A stretch of 63,217 nucleotides of DNA, filler included. It is 8 parts of 8 records of this genome, joined end to end, with 100 filler letters (N's around TTAATTAATTAA, not from the genome) between each part and the next. Parts side by side here need not be neighbours in the genome. Positions count along the whole stretch, not along the records: positions 6,038 to 14,138 come from SRR7504441_1207; positions 14,239 to 25,655 come from SRR7504441_1216; 6 more parts are not named here. One strand, written 5' to 3'. This document shows positions 11,165 through 23,849 of this stretch, one piece after another. Every line of letters begins with the position of its first letter. Position 1 is the stretch's first letter. Below the pieces are notes generated by a model. That model saw nothing but the letters and a program-made list of their open reading frames with translations, had not been told where the DNA came from and did no database searches. The position numbers were made by a program, and so were the translations under genes.

Positions 11165-12198
11165 ATGGAGGGCGGGGACCCTGTAGGGGACATCGTGGCG
11201 ATCCGGCAGCTGCAGGACGAGCTGCAAGCGCTGCGCCAGCAACGGCTGGACGAGGCCAGCGAGGGCTTCGGCGTGGCCGCCCAGGGGATGGATCCCGAGG
11301 CCGAGCTGCGCGCTGGGCGCGAGGGGCTAGAAATGCTCAGTTCCAAGTACAGCGCGGCCTGCAAGGCGGAGGACGAGCTCAAGGCACCCGCCTAGCGCCG
11401 GCTGCCCCGAGCCGGGCCCAGGGTGGGCTAGTGGATGTGCTCAGCAAGCAGGTCGAAGCGGAGGAGTCGGCGCTGAGCACCTGGACACACCAGTGCGAGA
11501 CGGTCGGACGGTGCCCGCCGGGCCGGGCCGGGCTGAGCCAGCGCAGCGCGTTCGACGGGTTTGAGGCCGTGCTCGAAGCGGCCTGGCAGAGCCACCTCGC
11601 CTCGCCTAGGAGCCCCGGGGCCAAAACGCTCTCCCCGACCGGCGACACCCCGACCGAGCGCGGGCCGCCGAGGGAGTCCAAACTCAACTTTGACAAGATC
11701 CGCAGCCGCCGGCGCCAGGCGGCCGGCTGGCTAGATCCGGGCTCAGCCTGGGTGCAGGCGAGGAGGCAAGTGAGCGATCAAATTGACAACAGCGAGCTGA
11801 TAGATTCGGCGTTCGCCAGGCTGCAGCAGAACGCGCACCAGGAGCAGTTCCAGGCCCGGATGCTCAAACTGGCGCTGGAGCACCTCACGCTGCCGTATTT
11901 TTACGATTTCGCGGCATATGGCGAGTGGAGATCTGAACGAGTCAAAGAGCAGGCCAAGAAGGTGGAGACCAACACTTCTAAACAGAAGGCCGCCCCGCCC
12001 AAGAAGAAGCCGGCGCGACCGGCCAGCCCGCCTAGTGGAGCGGCGGCCGAGGGGAGACAGACAGCTAGAACTTCACGAAAGCCTGCTGTGCCTAGTCAGA
12101 ACAACAAAGAGAATCGACGGGCACCGGCAGGCACGGCCGACAAACAGCGGCGGAGTACGAGCAAGGACCCACCGGCCTCCCGACCGACCTTCAAGTGA
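11165..12198 (+). CDS. Hypothetical coiled-coil protein with basic tail
   Basis: ATG 11165; GC-AG intron ~11384-11421 links two ORFs; head-to-head with the LRR gene. Confidence 0.55.
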
Positions 12199-12487
12199 CA
12201 ATTCTAGGCCTAAGGCGCCGAAATCGATTGTAAGATAGGGTGCGATAACGCGATTAGGCTCATCGCAGCACACATGAGGTGATTTTCAAAATGAAATATG
12301 AGGTGCGACCGTATTCACACGCGATGCCGACACAATCTTGCATCTCTAAGAACCGATTAGCACATGGTTGCTTTACCCAGCTCGCCCAGCATCGCAGCAT
12401 GTGCAACCAGTCAACTGAAATACTGAGCGGCAAGTCTGTCATTTCGACCGGTGACACACTACTGGCTCATCACGATAGGGACGGAGG

Positions 12488-13264
12488 ATGCCAGAGCCGC
12501 TGCTCTACGCCCAACCTGAAGTGCAGGGAATGCCACCAGACACCATGTACGCGCTAATGGTGCTGGCGATGATGATCGGGCTGCACCTGTCCGTCGCCAC
12601 GCTCACCGCGGTCACGCTGACCCGCCGGGTCCTGCCGCGGCTGCTGCTGCTCGGACTGCTGATGCCGGCCAGCCTGGTAGTGCTTTGCTTCATGTTCCCG
12701 CTGTTCAATCTGGCCTTCCAGCCGTTCGAGCCGCATCAGCTGTCCATGCTGTACGTAGTCGGCAACCGGGTGGCCCCGGACTTTGTGGATGGGGATGTCA
12801 TGATCACCAGCCACAGGCTGCACCCGCTGGCTCCGGACATGGTGGTGCTCCAGGTGGACAGCACCCGGGGCGGGTTCGCGTTCGACGGGCTCAAGACGGT
12901 GATACGGCTCCGTCGGGTGCTTGTCGCCGGGCCTGGGCCATATGTGACGCTGGCACCCACGCTGGATAACAGCGGCAAGCCGCAGACCGGGTCCCAGAAG
13001 GTCCCTCTGAAGCAGGTGGCCGCCAAGGCGGTGGTGCGATTCCCTGGGCTGGCGCTGCCGCTGCGCTGGACCCAGCGGGCGATCCACGCGGCCAAGGGCG
13101 CGCTGTTGTCTGGAGGCTCGTTGGAGCAAGGACTAAAGCTGCTCCGGTTAGTCTGGAGTTCGCAGTGGGGTGGCCGGCAGGAGGTGGAAAAGATAGCGGT
13201 GCCGAGGGGGATCTTGCCAGATGAGGCCGGACTCAGCGAGCCGGAATTGGAGGATGAGCTATGA
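12488..13264 (+). CDS. Membrane protein with a degenerate S26/SEC11-like signal peptidase fold
   Basis: Two TM helices, then VVGNRVAPDFVDGDV...IRLRRV...TLDNS...VAAKAVVRFPGL, mirroring SEC11 motif order. Confidence 0.5.
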   Translation: MPEPLLYAQPEVQGMPPDTMYALMVLAMMIGLHLSVATLTAVTLTRRVLPRLLLLGLLMPASLVVLCFMFPLFNLAFQPFEPHQLSMLYVVGNRVAPDFVDGDVMITSHRLHPLAPDMVVLQVDSTRGGFAFDGLKTVIRLRRVLVAGPGPYVTLAPTLDNSGKPQTGSQKVPLKQVAAKAVVRFPGLALPLRWTQRAIHAAKGALLSGGSLEQGLKLLRLVWSSQWGGRQEVEKIAVPRGILPDEAGLSEPELEDEL

Positions 13265-13521
13265 CGATACATATGAGTATTCGGCTCACAAGCATTGCCG
13301 GAAAGTCGCCTCATGGTTTCCAGTCTTGTTGATCCCGATAGGCCTATGTATAAGTTACTGATGAAGCAAGGTCTAATACTGAGCTCAATGAAAGATAACT
13401 CTTATACGCATTCGAACATATGCAAAAAGGCACACGAGTACATCTACATGATTGCACGTAAATTGGTTTTAAGTAAGATTATGCAAGCAAAAAGGAATCG
13501 CACAACCGTCGAACCCAAGGA

Positions 13522-14138
13522 CTATGCCTTATCGGCGCTACTCCAGGCTTGATGTAGTGCAGTGCACCACTGCAAGGCCGACTCGTCCGTCGCAGCGCGC
13601 ATCAAATAGGTCCTACCCTCGCCCTGGGTCGGAATGCTGATGTACCGTCCTTGCCTTTCGATCACAGGGCAGAGCTCGGCGCTCGCTAGGGCCCTGGTTT
13701 CAAATTTTCGGAGCTCGAGCGCACCGGCCTTTTCGCATTTGACCGGGCGGCAGCCGGCACTGTCACTAGGCTCGTTGGCGAACCACATCAGCTGGTCCGA
13801 GACCAGCTCAAAGTATCGGGTTTGCCAAAAGATATTGTTGGGGCCGAGCTTCTCCATCCGACCGGCCATCAACGGCTCGCCGTCCGCTGCCGCCCGCATC
13901 TCGACCAGCTCCTCGGTGCTTCGGCACAGCGGCTCGTCATCCGGGACGGCGGCGGCAGCCCCCTCCAGCAGTATCGCCAGCTTCTCCACTTCATCAGCCT
14001 CGGACGGCTTCCCCTCGGCCCGGAGCTTTTTGGCCCGCCGGTGAGCGTCGTGCGCAGCTGCCATCGCCTGCAGCTCCCTGTCCTCTTCCTGCAGCTGTGC
14101 CTCCTCGCCTGCCGGTTGAGTGCTGGCCCCACAACCCC
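13522..14138 (-). CDS. PH-domain protein, 5'-partial
   Basis: MAGRMEKLG...WQTRYFEL...LMWF...RTYLMRA...ALQWCTAL. Confidence 0.8.
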
Positions 14139-14364
14139 NNNNNNNNNNNNNNNNNNNNNNNNNNNNNNNNNNNNNNNNNNNNTTAATTAATTAANNNNNN
14201 NNNNNNNNNNNNNNNNNNNNNNNNNNNNNNNNNNNNNNCACCTCCATCGGCGTGATCTCGGTCCTATCCGCCGCGAATTGCCTGGTTTATATCGTCATTG
14301 TCACACGTGGTCGTATTAATTACTATGTATACAACTCGTTCAGTCATGCGCAGAGGAACCTCAC

Positions 14365-15944
14365 TCAACGCCGGGTCAAGTCGTAGTTGAGGACTTCGGG
14401 AGGCAGCACCACTTGACTGGGCGCAATGTGTAAGTACAAGTCCCGAATGTTATGTATGTACTCCAGTTTCTTCCAGAACTTTTGGCTGATGAACGGCGAC
14501 ACAAACGTGATAGCAGCCCGGATCCAAAACGTCGGGTGAACAATGTACAAGGCCCTGCACCCGCCGGTCAGCGCCGCACGTTGGCCTGGCTCACTTGAGG
14601 TTTTTCTTGTATTTCCGGTTAAACACCTTGTACGCCGTGCGGAGAAACCCGAACGAAGGCCGCACGAACCGGCCTCGCGCACAGACCAGCACAAGAGAGT
14701 AGTCGCGGTCAGTCACAGGGTCCTGCAGCAGGCTGGGCGGGGGGCGGGCCGGGCGGGCACCATGGTGAGGATGAGGTAGAGCAGCAGCCGCTCGTAGTCG
14801 ACCTCCATTGTGGGTGTGATCAGCGTGACTACCATCCGCCCTTCCACATCCACGCCAGACTTGTACACTATATTGAGCGCTCGGATGTCTGACAGGTCCT
14901 GGCTGGTCGCCTGATTCAGGTACCACATGTAGGTCGACTCGGAGCTAATCGCGGCCGAGTTTTCCTCGATCCTATGCTGCCGGATCGCGTCCTGAGAGGC
15001 ACTCGACACTGTCATGTTTGCAAACTGCGCAATGTCGTCCTGGTTGGCGTCGGTTTGCTCGATCGCCTGCTCGCAGGTCTGCGGGCCGGTCCGCTCCTCC
15101 ACCGGCACCGAGAGCACGGAGTCGGCGATGCTCATTGCTCGCTCAGGGATAGTAGTCTCCCCAAACTCGTTTCCAGTGTCCTCGGGTAGGTTGGCGCACG
15201 CCCATTGCTCCTCAAGCACGTCGCGCGGGAAGTACATGGCTGCGATGCTCAGGTACATGTCCAGGTCGGCCTCCGAGCTGAACACGAACGCCACCGTTTC
15301 TATTGAGTCCATCCCAAACTTTTCAAGGAATCTCCTCACAGTTCGGAGAGCTATGTGGCAGCCGGCCTCGCGCGGATAGCCCTTCTCCTCGCTGTGCAGG
15401 CAGTCGAACGCGATGCTGTCCAGCTTATTCTCCATCAGAACCTCCAGGCACTGCCAGTAGGCCATGTGCAGCTGCCCGCCGGTCAGAGCCCGGGCCCGGC
15501 GGCCCGCACCGTGTTCTCAGCGGCGGTCTTGTACTTAACACTAAACCTCGGCCCCACAGTGTGCACCACCGCCTCCGCCGGGAGCAGCCCGGCCGCGGTG
15601 AGTTTCGCCTCGCCGGTTTTGACCCCTTCCAGCTGCTGGCAGGCCTGGTTCAGCTGCGGGCCGGCGTGCGAGAATATCTGGGCGGCCTGGGTGCTGTGCG
15701 GCCGGAGGTTCTCGCTGGTCGAGTTGACCACCGCGCCGCACTGCACCTCCCAGAGCGGGCCCTTCCAGAACCTGAGCTTCTCGTTGAGCACGCTGCTCAT
15801 CGGAAAGGGGGTGCTCGTCCGAGGGGCCGCCATGTGGGTGGTGGCCTCGGAGGTCAGGTGCGGAAGAGCCTCATAACTCGGGAGCTCCCCGATGCTTCGC
15901 CCAGCCAGCTTGGCGCCCGTGGCCGCCCCCGCCTCCTCCAGCAT
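14365..15944 (-). CDS. GDAP2: GDAP2-like macro domain + CRAL-TRIO/BCH protein, 3 introns
   Basis: Macro motifs AVVNS, TGEAKLT, VVHTVGP, YPRE...HIALRTVRRFL; LPEDTGNEFGE; RKYKKNLK-ALYIVHPTFW; introns of 38, 38 and 40 nt. Confidence 0.88.
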
Positions 15945-16099
15945 CCTTTGTGTGAAACTGCTGGCCCGTCCCCACCTCTGCTGTGCGCCTGAGCAAACTC
16001 CCTTGGCAAAACTCTCTGCTGGAGCACAGCCTTGGACGCCAACGGATCCACGAACGGCGGGAACTCGTAGTGCGGGAGCGTAGTGCCGAGCCTGGCAGC

Positions 16100-19000
16100 A
16101 TGTCGATGTTGCAGCAGCAGTTGGAGTTGGCCGGGGTGGCCCAGTACAGCGCTGGGCCGGTCAAGGCGGCCAAGTTCGGCGGCCGGGCCTCCTTCCTCTT
16201 CGATGGGGTCGCGGCGCTCGAGGTGCCGCGCCCGGCCGGGCCCGCCGCCCCAGCCGCCCGGCCAGGTGGACATGGCCACCGCGCACGAGATCGGGCGGAA
16301 CGGGATCGACGAGCTGATGGCCCAGGACGCGGACAGGTTTGGGCCGTTTGTCAAGCCGTTCTTCTCGGCGGGGGCCCGGGACAAGGACCGGACGCTGTGC
16401 ACGCAAGCCGAGAACGACCAGATCGACCAGCAGCTGGCCAAACTGCTCCGGGCGCTCTCGCCATACTTCCTGGCCCGACCCGCGCACAAGGTGTCGCCCC
16501 GGCCCGGCCCGGCGCCAGCAGGCTGTCAGGTACTCGAATGGCTTATCCGACGGTTTAGGATCCACGAGCTCAACCCGGGTGCCCAACGGCCCGGGCCCGG
16601 CCGGAGCGGGCAGCAGGCCCGGTGGTCGAGTGCATGCTGCCGTACCACCACACTCCACTGTTCGTGAAGATGTTGCAGCTGGTAGCTCCGGCGCTTCGCA
16701 GGACTGCGGCCGGCAAGCCGTGGCAATGGCTGGCCGCGGTCGCCAAATCCGGCGAGCCGTTCGGGCGGGAGCTGCTGGTCCGGCGGTGCGCCAAGGACGC
16801 CTCGCTGCTGGCGCTGCTCTGCCGGCTGGGCACCCAAGAGCCGTCGGCTGGCCGGAAGCCGGGCTACACCGAGTTGTTTGCAGTGGTGGCAGTGGAGACG
16901 ATACGGGCCAGCGAGCACCTGAGCCCGACTATGGTGGACACGCTCAAGAAGGCGGTGCTCCGGGGGCTCGAGAGCAAGGCGGGCGAGCCGCTCCGTCTGG
17001 CCGCGAGCATGGTGTTGGCCGAGCTGGCCGGGCGTGTCAAGCTAGAATCGGAAGCGCTCGCGCTGCTGCTCGAGGCCGTTGCCAAGGGCGGCGGCCCGCG
17101 CTTCCCCACCAAGAGCACCGTCGAATGTGAGCGCCCGCCGACCTGGGTCTGAGTAGGCCGCAGGTCTGGCGCTGCTGGTCAACTCACAGGATCTGGAAAG
17201 CTTGCCGCAGCGGTGCGTTCAGCACTTGGTCCGACTGCCGGTGAGCCTGGCCCTCCGCTGGAGCTGACTGGCCGGGGCAGGACCTGACGGCGGTGGTGGC
17301 CCAGCTGACCGACCAGTGCTCTGCTGAGCCGTTTGTGGCCGTGTACGTGGCTTGTCTCATGCAGAACGCTCTCGTGCACAAGAATTATCTGCAGCTGCTC
17401 GAGGAAGCGCTCACCGGACTGCCGGTGCGCGACTTGCTCCCCAAGCTGCTCCAGCCGCACCTCGGTCGGTTTCTGGCCCCTCCAGAGGTGCAGCGCAGCT
17501 GTGTTCGCGCGAGCCTTGGGCAGGGCGAGGACAACCAGAGGGAGCTCGTGCAGCTGATCCTCCAGCGCTGTGGCCAGCGGTTTGGCCCGCAGGTGGACGC
17601 CGCGCTGCAGGCTGCGCTCAAGCGGCACTCGTCGAAGGCACGCCGGGCTGCGGCCCTCCTGGTGATTGGGTGTGCAGGCCCAGCGCAAGCAGTTGGTTGG
17701 CTTGCTTGAGGCCACGTGGGAGGGCACGCGCAAGCTGGAGCACTCGGTGCTGGCCTGTCCGACCAGTGCAGGTGAGCGGGCCATCGTTGGCTGCTTGCTC
17801 ACTGCTAGCGCAGGCGGTGGGAGCACTACACTCTACCTGGCCTTGGAGCACCCTGCGGCTGCGGTTCGAATCGCAGCCATGACCTGTGTCGTGGACGGGG
17901 TGAGCGGCCCTGGTGAGCCTGGAGCGCTCGGGCACGGGCTGAGTGCTGTGTCAGATGGGGCTGATGTGGACACAGTGTCTGGTTCGCTGGTTGAGAGCTT
18001 CAGCCAGAGGCTTGAAGACGACGAGCAGCAAGTGGTGCTGGCAGCGCTCTCACAGCCCAAGCTGTTGCTCCGCGCCGAGCTGAGCAGCCTCGAAGCCAAG
18101 CTGACCAAGCTCGCCAGTCGCTCTGATGCTGCGAGGGATCCAAACGGCAAGTGTGCGGCCAAGGCCGTTTCCGTGCTGGCGCGGCATGTCTTGCCGCTTG
18201 GACAGAGCCAAGACAGGTTGCCCGCGGTGGTCAGCGCTGTCATACGTGGCATGATGCCGAGAGACGGCAACCTGGCGACTGCACTGCGCGTGATGAGGCA
18301 GGCTGCTGAACTCAAGGAGCACTGCCCCGTGTTTGGGCCGCTGAACGATCTGCACGCCATGCTAACAGACCAGCAGGCAGACACAGGCAAAGCCAGCTCT
18401 GACAAGTCAGCGAAGAAGAACAAGCGTAAAAAGGCAGGACAAACCTCGGAGGTATCAGCTTTGAGCCTCAAGAGCTTCATTGTCGGACTTGCCCAGGCCA
18501 TTGGTGAGTGGCCACGGTTGATTTCTGTGAGCTCTGAGCTGGTGATTGGCGCAGGTGAGGGCTCTGCGGACGAGATTGAGCGACTTGCTCTTTACAAGGA
18601 ATTTAAGGGGTTGGATGACCAGCATGCCAGCTTTGTGCTGATGCTTGCGCTAGCTTCTGCAGCCAAGCAAGGGCCCGAACGTGCTGCCGAGGCAGGCCTG
18701 ATGCTCCATTATGAGCTCACAGCTGCCGCCAGCCAAGCCAAGTGGCCATCGATGCCGGCTGACAAGTCCGAGGAAGATGCTCTTTGGGATCTGCTGCCAT
18801 CCATGCTCCAGGGAGAGCTGGCGCCAAGGCTTGCAATTGCCATCAGCTTGGTGCCTGAGGTGCTGGAAAATCTGGAGCGCACAGTTGAAGATAAGTTGCT
18901 GCAACATATGATGCAGCACTTCCCTGCGACTCCTGGGCACACTGCTCTAGTCTCTGGAGACATAGCTCTCTATCCTGAGCCAGCTCCAGAGGCACAGTGC

Positions 19001-22000
19001 TTAGCAGCTGTGACTGGAACTTACTTAGCTCTTTCATACGTTCCAGACATGCAGCTCGTGGAAGCTCAGCTGCAGGCAGTCTTCAGGTGCTTCAACGGCT
19101 CAGCATCTGCACTGCGCTTTCTAGCCCCATTCTGGTTGGCATCACCTAACAACGCAAGTACCGGCCTGCAGGTGCGCTCGCTTCAGCTAGCAGCATGTGT
19201 GCTCAAGTCTGCTTCTGATGCCACTAAAGCGGCAGCATTCGCTTCCTTGCTACCTCCCTTAGCATCTGAGCACAAACAAGTCAGGCTGGCGGCAGTTGAG
19301 TGTATCAAGCTTGCTGCAGCCTCAGCTCAGTCAAAAGACACGAGTGAGCCACCATTTGTCATGCTGCGATGCTCCGGTTCGGACAAATGGGAACCCAGCC
19401 ACGCCACAAAGGCAGAGACCAAGCAAATAAGCAAATTTGCAGCAGCTGCTGCTGCCTCTATTGTCTTGGAGGACTCAGCTGTCCTTTCACGCATATTCTG
19501 CATGGACAGCAAGACGACTGCAGCAGCACTACCCCTGCTGCTCTCTCATGTGGTTACCTCGGGTGGAGCACCCGCACTGCTGTGCTTGTTAAATGCCGCA
19601 AAGAGCGTGGAGTGTCCTGCTAAAGTCGCGTTTGCTCAGACTGGCATGGTCTCACATGACGATCCGCTTGCAGAGAGCATCTTGGACGAGGCGCTATCAG
19701 GAGTAGTGCCCCATGCAATCTGGGCTGAGGACTCTGGGCTGTTTGAAGCCCTGCTTGGGATTATCACAGCCAAGACAGCCAGTGCAACGAGTGCAGCCAA
19801 GGCAGTGCAGCACCTCAACTCCGCATTTTACCTTGAGCTTCCCTCGCCCTCACGAAGCTCAAACCAGCGGGAGCAGCTGTTTGGCATGCTGTGTGATGCA
19901 ATTCATGCTGGTGTCAGTGGTGCTGCAGCTCAACTTGCCACATTGCCAATCGAGGCAAACCTCATGGTTGAGGCACTTGGAAGTGGGCCTCTGCAGCCTG
20001 GAGACATTAAAGATGTCCCAGCAACATGCAGTGCTCTCGCTCAAGCATTGCCAGTGGTCGAACTGGCGGCTGATACCCAAAGCGAACTCCAGGACCGTGC
20101 TGAGCTATGCAGCCCACTTTTGAATCTTCTGAAGATTCTTAGTGACAGCCGAGTTGCTGCAGAATTCCACTCAAGCGAGTATATGAAACAAATGGTCTTC
20201 AATGCACTGCTTGCGTCAACGTCCGATTCCACGCTCACACCTAAGCAAATTGCAGAATTCGACATCCAGAGCATCATTGAGTGTGCACGAGGCGGCTCAG
20301 GCCCAACACGCTCGCATGCCCTGCTTCTGCTTTCTCAACTTGCATCACAGCATGGGCTGCAAATTGTCAAGCAAGCCATGCCACTCTTTACATTGAGCCT
20401 TGAGAGTGGCGATTCTGCATTCACATACACAGTCCTACACAAGGCATTGGCTGCAATTGCTCCGGCAGCTTCTGAGGCGAGTGGATCAAGTGTCGAACAA
20501 GTTGTAGATCTGTTTCTTGCATCACTAGCATCGGTGAGCACTGTATGGCTTTATAGTCCTGACTTGTGCTGCAAGGTGCCATCACATCGACGGATTGGCC
20601 TGCTACAATCTCTTGTGAAAGCACTTGGTACTTCAACTGCTCTCGAATTGACAGTTTCAAAGCTAGTGGCTGGTCATGAAGCTGCTGAGACAGTTGCCGA
20701 GCCACTTCTGTTGGCTTTCACAGCGGAAGAGCAGGTGGCTCTGCTAACCTGATGTGTCAAACCCTAACCCTGTTGCACCAGGTGGAGGCTCTTACTCATA
20801 TGCTGAGCCGGGTGGCCTCCAAAATAACCAGTGAGTTAGCAGATGAGACCAGGAAACACATTTCAGGGCTATTGCTCTTTGTGGCCGACCATGTGGCTTC
20901 GTCGTCGTTCATTATGTCCGAAGGTATGGGAACAGAATGTGCTGCGTTTGCAGGCCGGGCAATGGAGCTTGCTCAAGTCGCTTCCAAGGCTCGCCAGCCA
21001 GGTCCAGTATCAGACAAACACCAAAAGCGCGTGGCAAAATTCTGGAAAAGTGTCAAGAAGGCCGCACTCAAGATTTTGGGACAGCTCAATTCGCTGATTT
21101 CAGCCCAAACCTTTGTTGATGTCACATCCAAACTCTTGCAACACCACGACTCATTAATCCAACGGCATGCCCTCAATAGCTTCATTGAACGGATTGGTGA
21201 CACCAAGGATACTATGTCACCCCACGAGAAGAAGCTGTTTGTATCTAAACTCGACGACCTTCGTGAACTCTTCAAGAAGCCGCCAGCAGGAGCTTCAGAA
21301 GCTGTGAAGACTGAGGCCATCACCAACTGCCAGACAGCCTTGTGGACCATGGAGGTGCTGGCACAGAATTTCGGAGCCAGCGAGCCCGAATCCTTTCAGC
21401 CTTGCGTGGCCGACGTTATTTCATTCATTGAGGAAAGCAATGTCAGTACAAGCACTGCAATGCTATGCCTTGCTCAACTAGTGGCTGCATTGGGAGTGCG
21501 GATGCTGATGCACCTACCACATCTCATGCCACTTCTGCTCACAAGGCTGGGCGAGGCTGTCGAGCAGCAAGCCGCCTTGGTTGCCCAGGCGGCGCTGCGC
21601 TGTCTTGCAGCTATCCTCGAGCACCTTAAGGATTTCCTACAGAAGTATCTTCCTGAGGTGCTCAACTGTGTGCTTCACAGGAACTTATCTGATCCGGCGC
21701 CCCAAATGGCCAATCCTGCCTTGCGAGAGCAGATAACACTAACCCGAGCTGCACTTTCAGCGCACCTTCCGCCAACCCATCTTCTCTGTGCTGTGATTGG
21801 ACACTACAGGGCCGCAATTGAGGGTGGGTGTGTCCCAGCACTAATGGAACTAGTCCGAGGCGCGGTTGGTAAAATGAACGACAATGAGGTCAAAGACTTT
21901 CATAAGCGCCTGTTCAAGTTCTTGCTCGTTGTATTCGACTTTCGGCGGGAGCAACTGAAGGCTTCAACTGCTGAAGCGGTGATTAGCGAATCAGAGGCAG

Positions 22001-22863
22001 CAGCAATCCAGGCTTTTGTTGTTCTCCTCCTGAGATTGTCTGAGAAGAACTTCAAGCCACATTTCCTAAAGCTCTGCGATTGGGCCCTGGAATCACCTGA
22101 AGTGGGCGACGTGGCGTTGAAGCTGACAGTGGGAGGAGATGGCGAGGAGTCACAACTGGTCGGGCTGTCCCGCTCGCTTACATTCTTCCGCCTGATCGAC
22201 GCCATTACTACTAGCTTGAAAGGCATCTTTGTGCCATTCTTTGGGCACTTACTGGACTCAATCATCCTTCACTTATCGGCTGAAGCCACAACTGCTGAAC
22301 CTGAACTGCCAAAGCAGTCATCGCCACCCCCCAAGAAACGCCGGAGGAAATCAGCAGCTCCGAGCGCTGTTGACTGCGTGCAGCTGCAGAGTCAGGTCAT
22401 CACCTATGTAATTGATTCTCTCTACAAGTGCTTTCTCTACGATTCCAGTGGGTTTCTCAGTGAGAGTCGCTTCGACAAGCTGCTTCATCCTATTGTAGCT
22501 CAGGTAGAAAACACCCTGGGAGGTGAAGCGGCCTATAACGAGCGAGTTGAGGGCCATGTGATGCCATGTGTTGTTCAAATGGCGGTCACAATGCACGAGG
22601 ATACCAAATGGCGTGCACTCACCCATGGAATATTGCAACATACTCGCCACGAAGAACGGTGTGTCAGGTCGGCCGCACTTCGGATCCTCCAGCAACTATT
22701 TAACACACTTGGAGAGCCTTTCCTAGTTTTGCTTCCTGAGACAATTTCTTATCTTTCAGAGTTGTTGGAAGACGAGGATGAGGATATTGAGAAGCAATGC
22801 AGAAAATTTATTCTTGAATTAGAGGAGCTATCCGGCGAAAGCTTGCAAGAGCAATTCCAATGA
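16100..22863 (+). CDS. UTP10: HEAT-repeat SSU processome protein UTP10/HEATR1
   Basis: MSMLQQQL...RASFLFD; LSPYFL..PAHKVLEWLIRRFRIH; C-terminal BP28CT region LSEKNFKP and LLPETISYLSELLEDEDE; short introns clustered at the 5' end, plus others such as ~20734-20781. Confidence 0.93.
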
Positions 22864-23144
22864 TGTTAAATGATTATTGCGAAAAGAACAGCATGTCAAT
22901 CAACTGTCCATGGATCCATGACCTTTGCACTGCAGACTTATTCATGATGAATTGTCGATAAGGATAATGAAAGGCACAATCACATACTTGAGCGCATACA
23001 TGAATCTCGCACATACTGTCATTGTCAAGCTGACAAGTCATATGCATGTTAATGATCTGACAATCATAAATCTTACCATCATAATGTTACGATACAATGA
23101 CGTATAGTGACATTATTATTTTTTGCTTTATGGATTTTGCGGTG

Positions 23145-23678
23145 CTACCTATAGAACCGTCTCTCCACCCCATTACCATGAGAAAATGCCACGCCGTCAA
23201 GCACCATCCCTCGCTTATCTTGATCCGTGATGCCAAGTGTTGACATGTGCCGTTTTCGCTCACGAGGCGTGGTTGCTACTCTCGTCATCTCATCGTGGAA
23301 GTATTTCCAAACTAGGGGAGGGCAGTCACCAGGGCGCTCCATTGGTTGCTGAAGCATGGACCGGACAGCTCCCCTGGGAGTTTTGTACTTTGGTATACTT
23401 AAAAGCTCTTTGTTGTCCTTTCGGCTATATGACTTTCTCCTCTGCTTTGGCACCACTGTCGTTGTCTTACTCGCAAATGTAATCTCCTGGAGTTCCTTAT
23501 AATCTAATTTTCTCATGAGCTTCTTCATGCCACGGATCTCCTTCCGCGTTGTCGATGCCGTGACGGGTCTTGCCAGCTTTGCTTTGATGTCACCCACCGA
23601 AGCCTGCCGAGCTTTTGCAGTAGATGGCCGTGAAGCCTTGGCAGGAGGCTCCAGCTGACAAGACACCGCCATGGTCAT
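23145..23678 (-). CDS. Hypothetical basic protein
   Basis: 177-aa K/R-rich ORF convergent with UTP10 and divergent from the EF-hand gene. Confidence 0.5.
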   Translation of the reverse strand: MTMAVSCQLEPPAKASRPSTAKARQASVGDIKAKLARPVTASTTRKEIRGMKKLMRKLDYKELQEITFASKTTTVVPKQRRKSYSRKDNKELLSIPKYKTPRGAVRSMLQQPMERPGDCPPLVWKYFHDEMTRVATTPRERKRHMSTLGITDQDKRGMVLDGVAFSHGNGVERRFYR

Positions 23679-23849
23679 ACCAAATCCCTTCGGCTTGCCA
23701 AGGGTGTTGCAGGTACCGATTGCCTACTACAACGTCGCTGTTGAGCACCAGTTTCTCCACCAGTCCCAACAAGCGGTAGCCCTCTGCATATTCTGCTCAA
23801 CGCATACTCAGCTCGTTCTGGATACACTGCATCGCCATCTCCCCCACAC

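Noticed and set aside
20734-20781. In-frame stops suggesting codon reassignment or selenocysteine
   Set aside because: The stops fall inside predicted introns, and TAA, TAG and TGA all end genes normally
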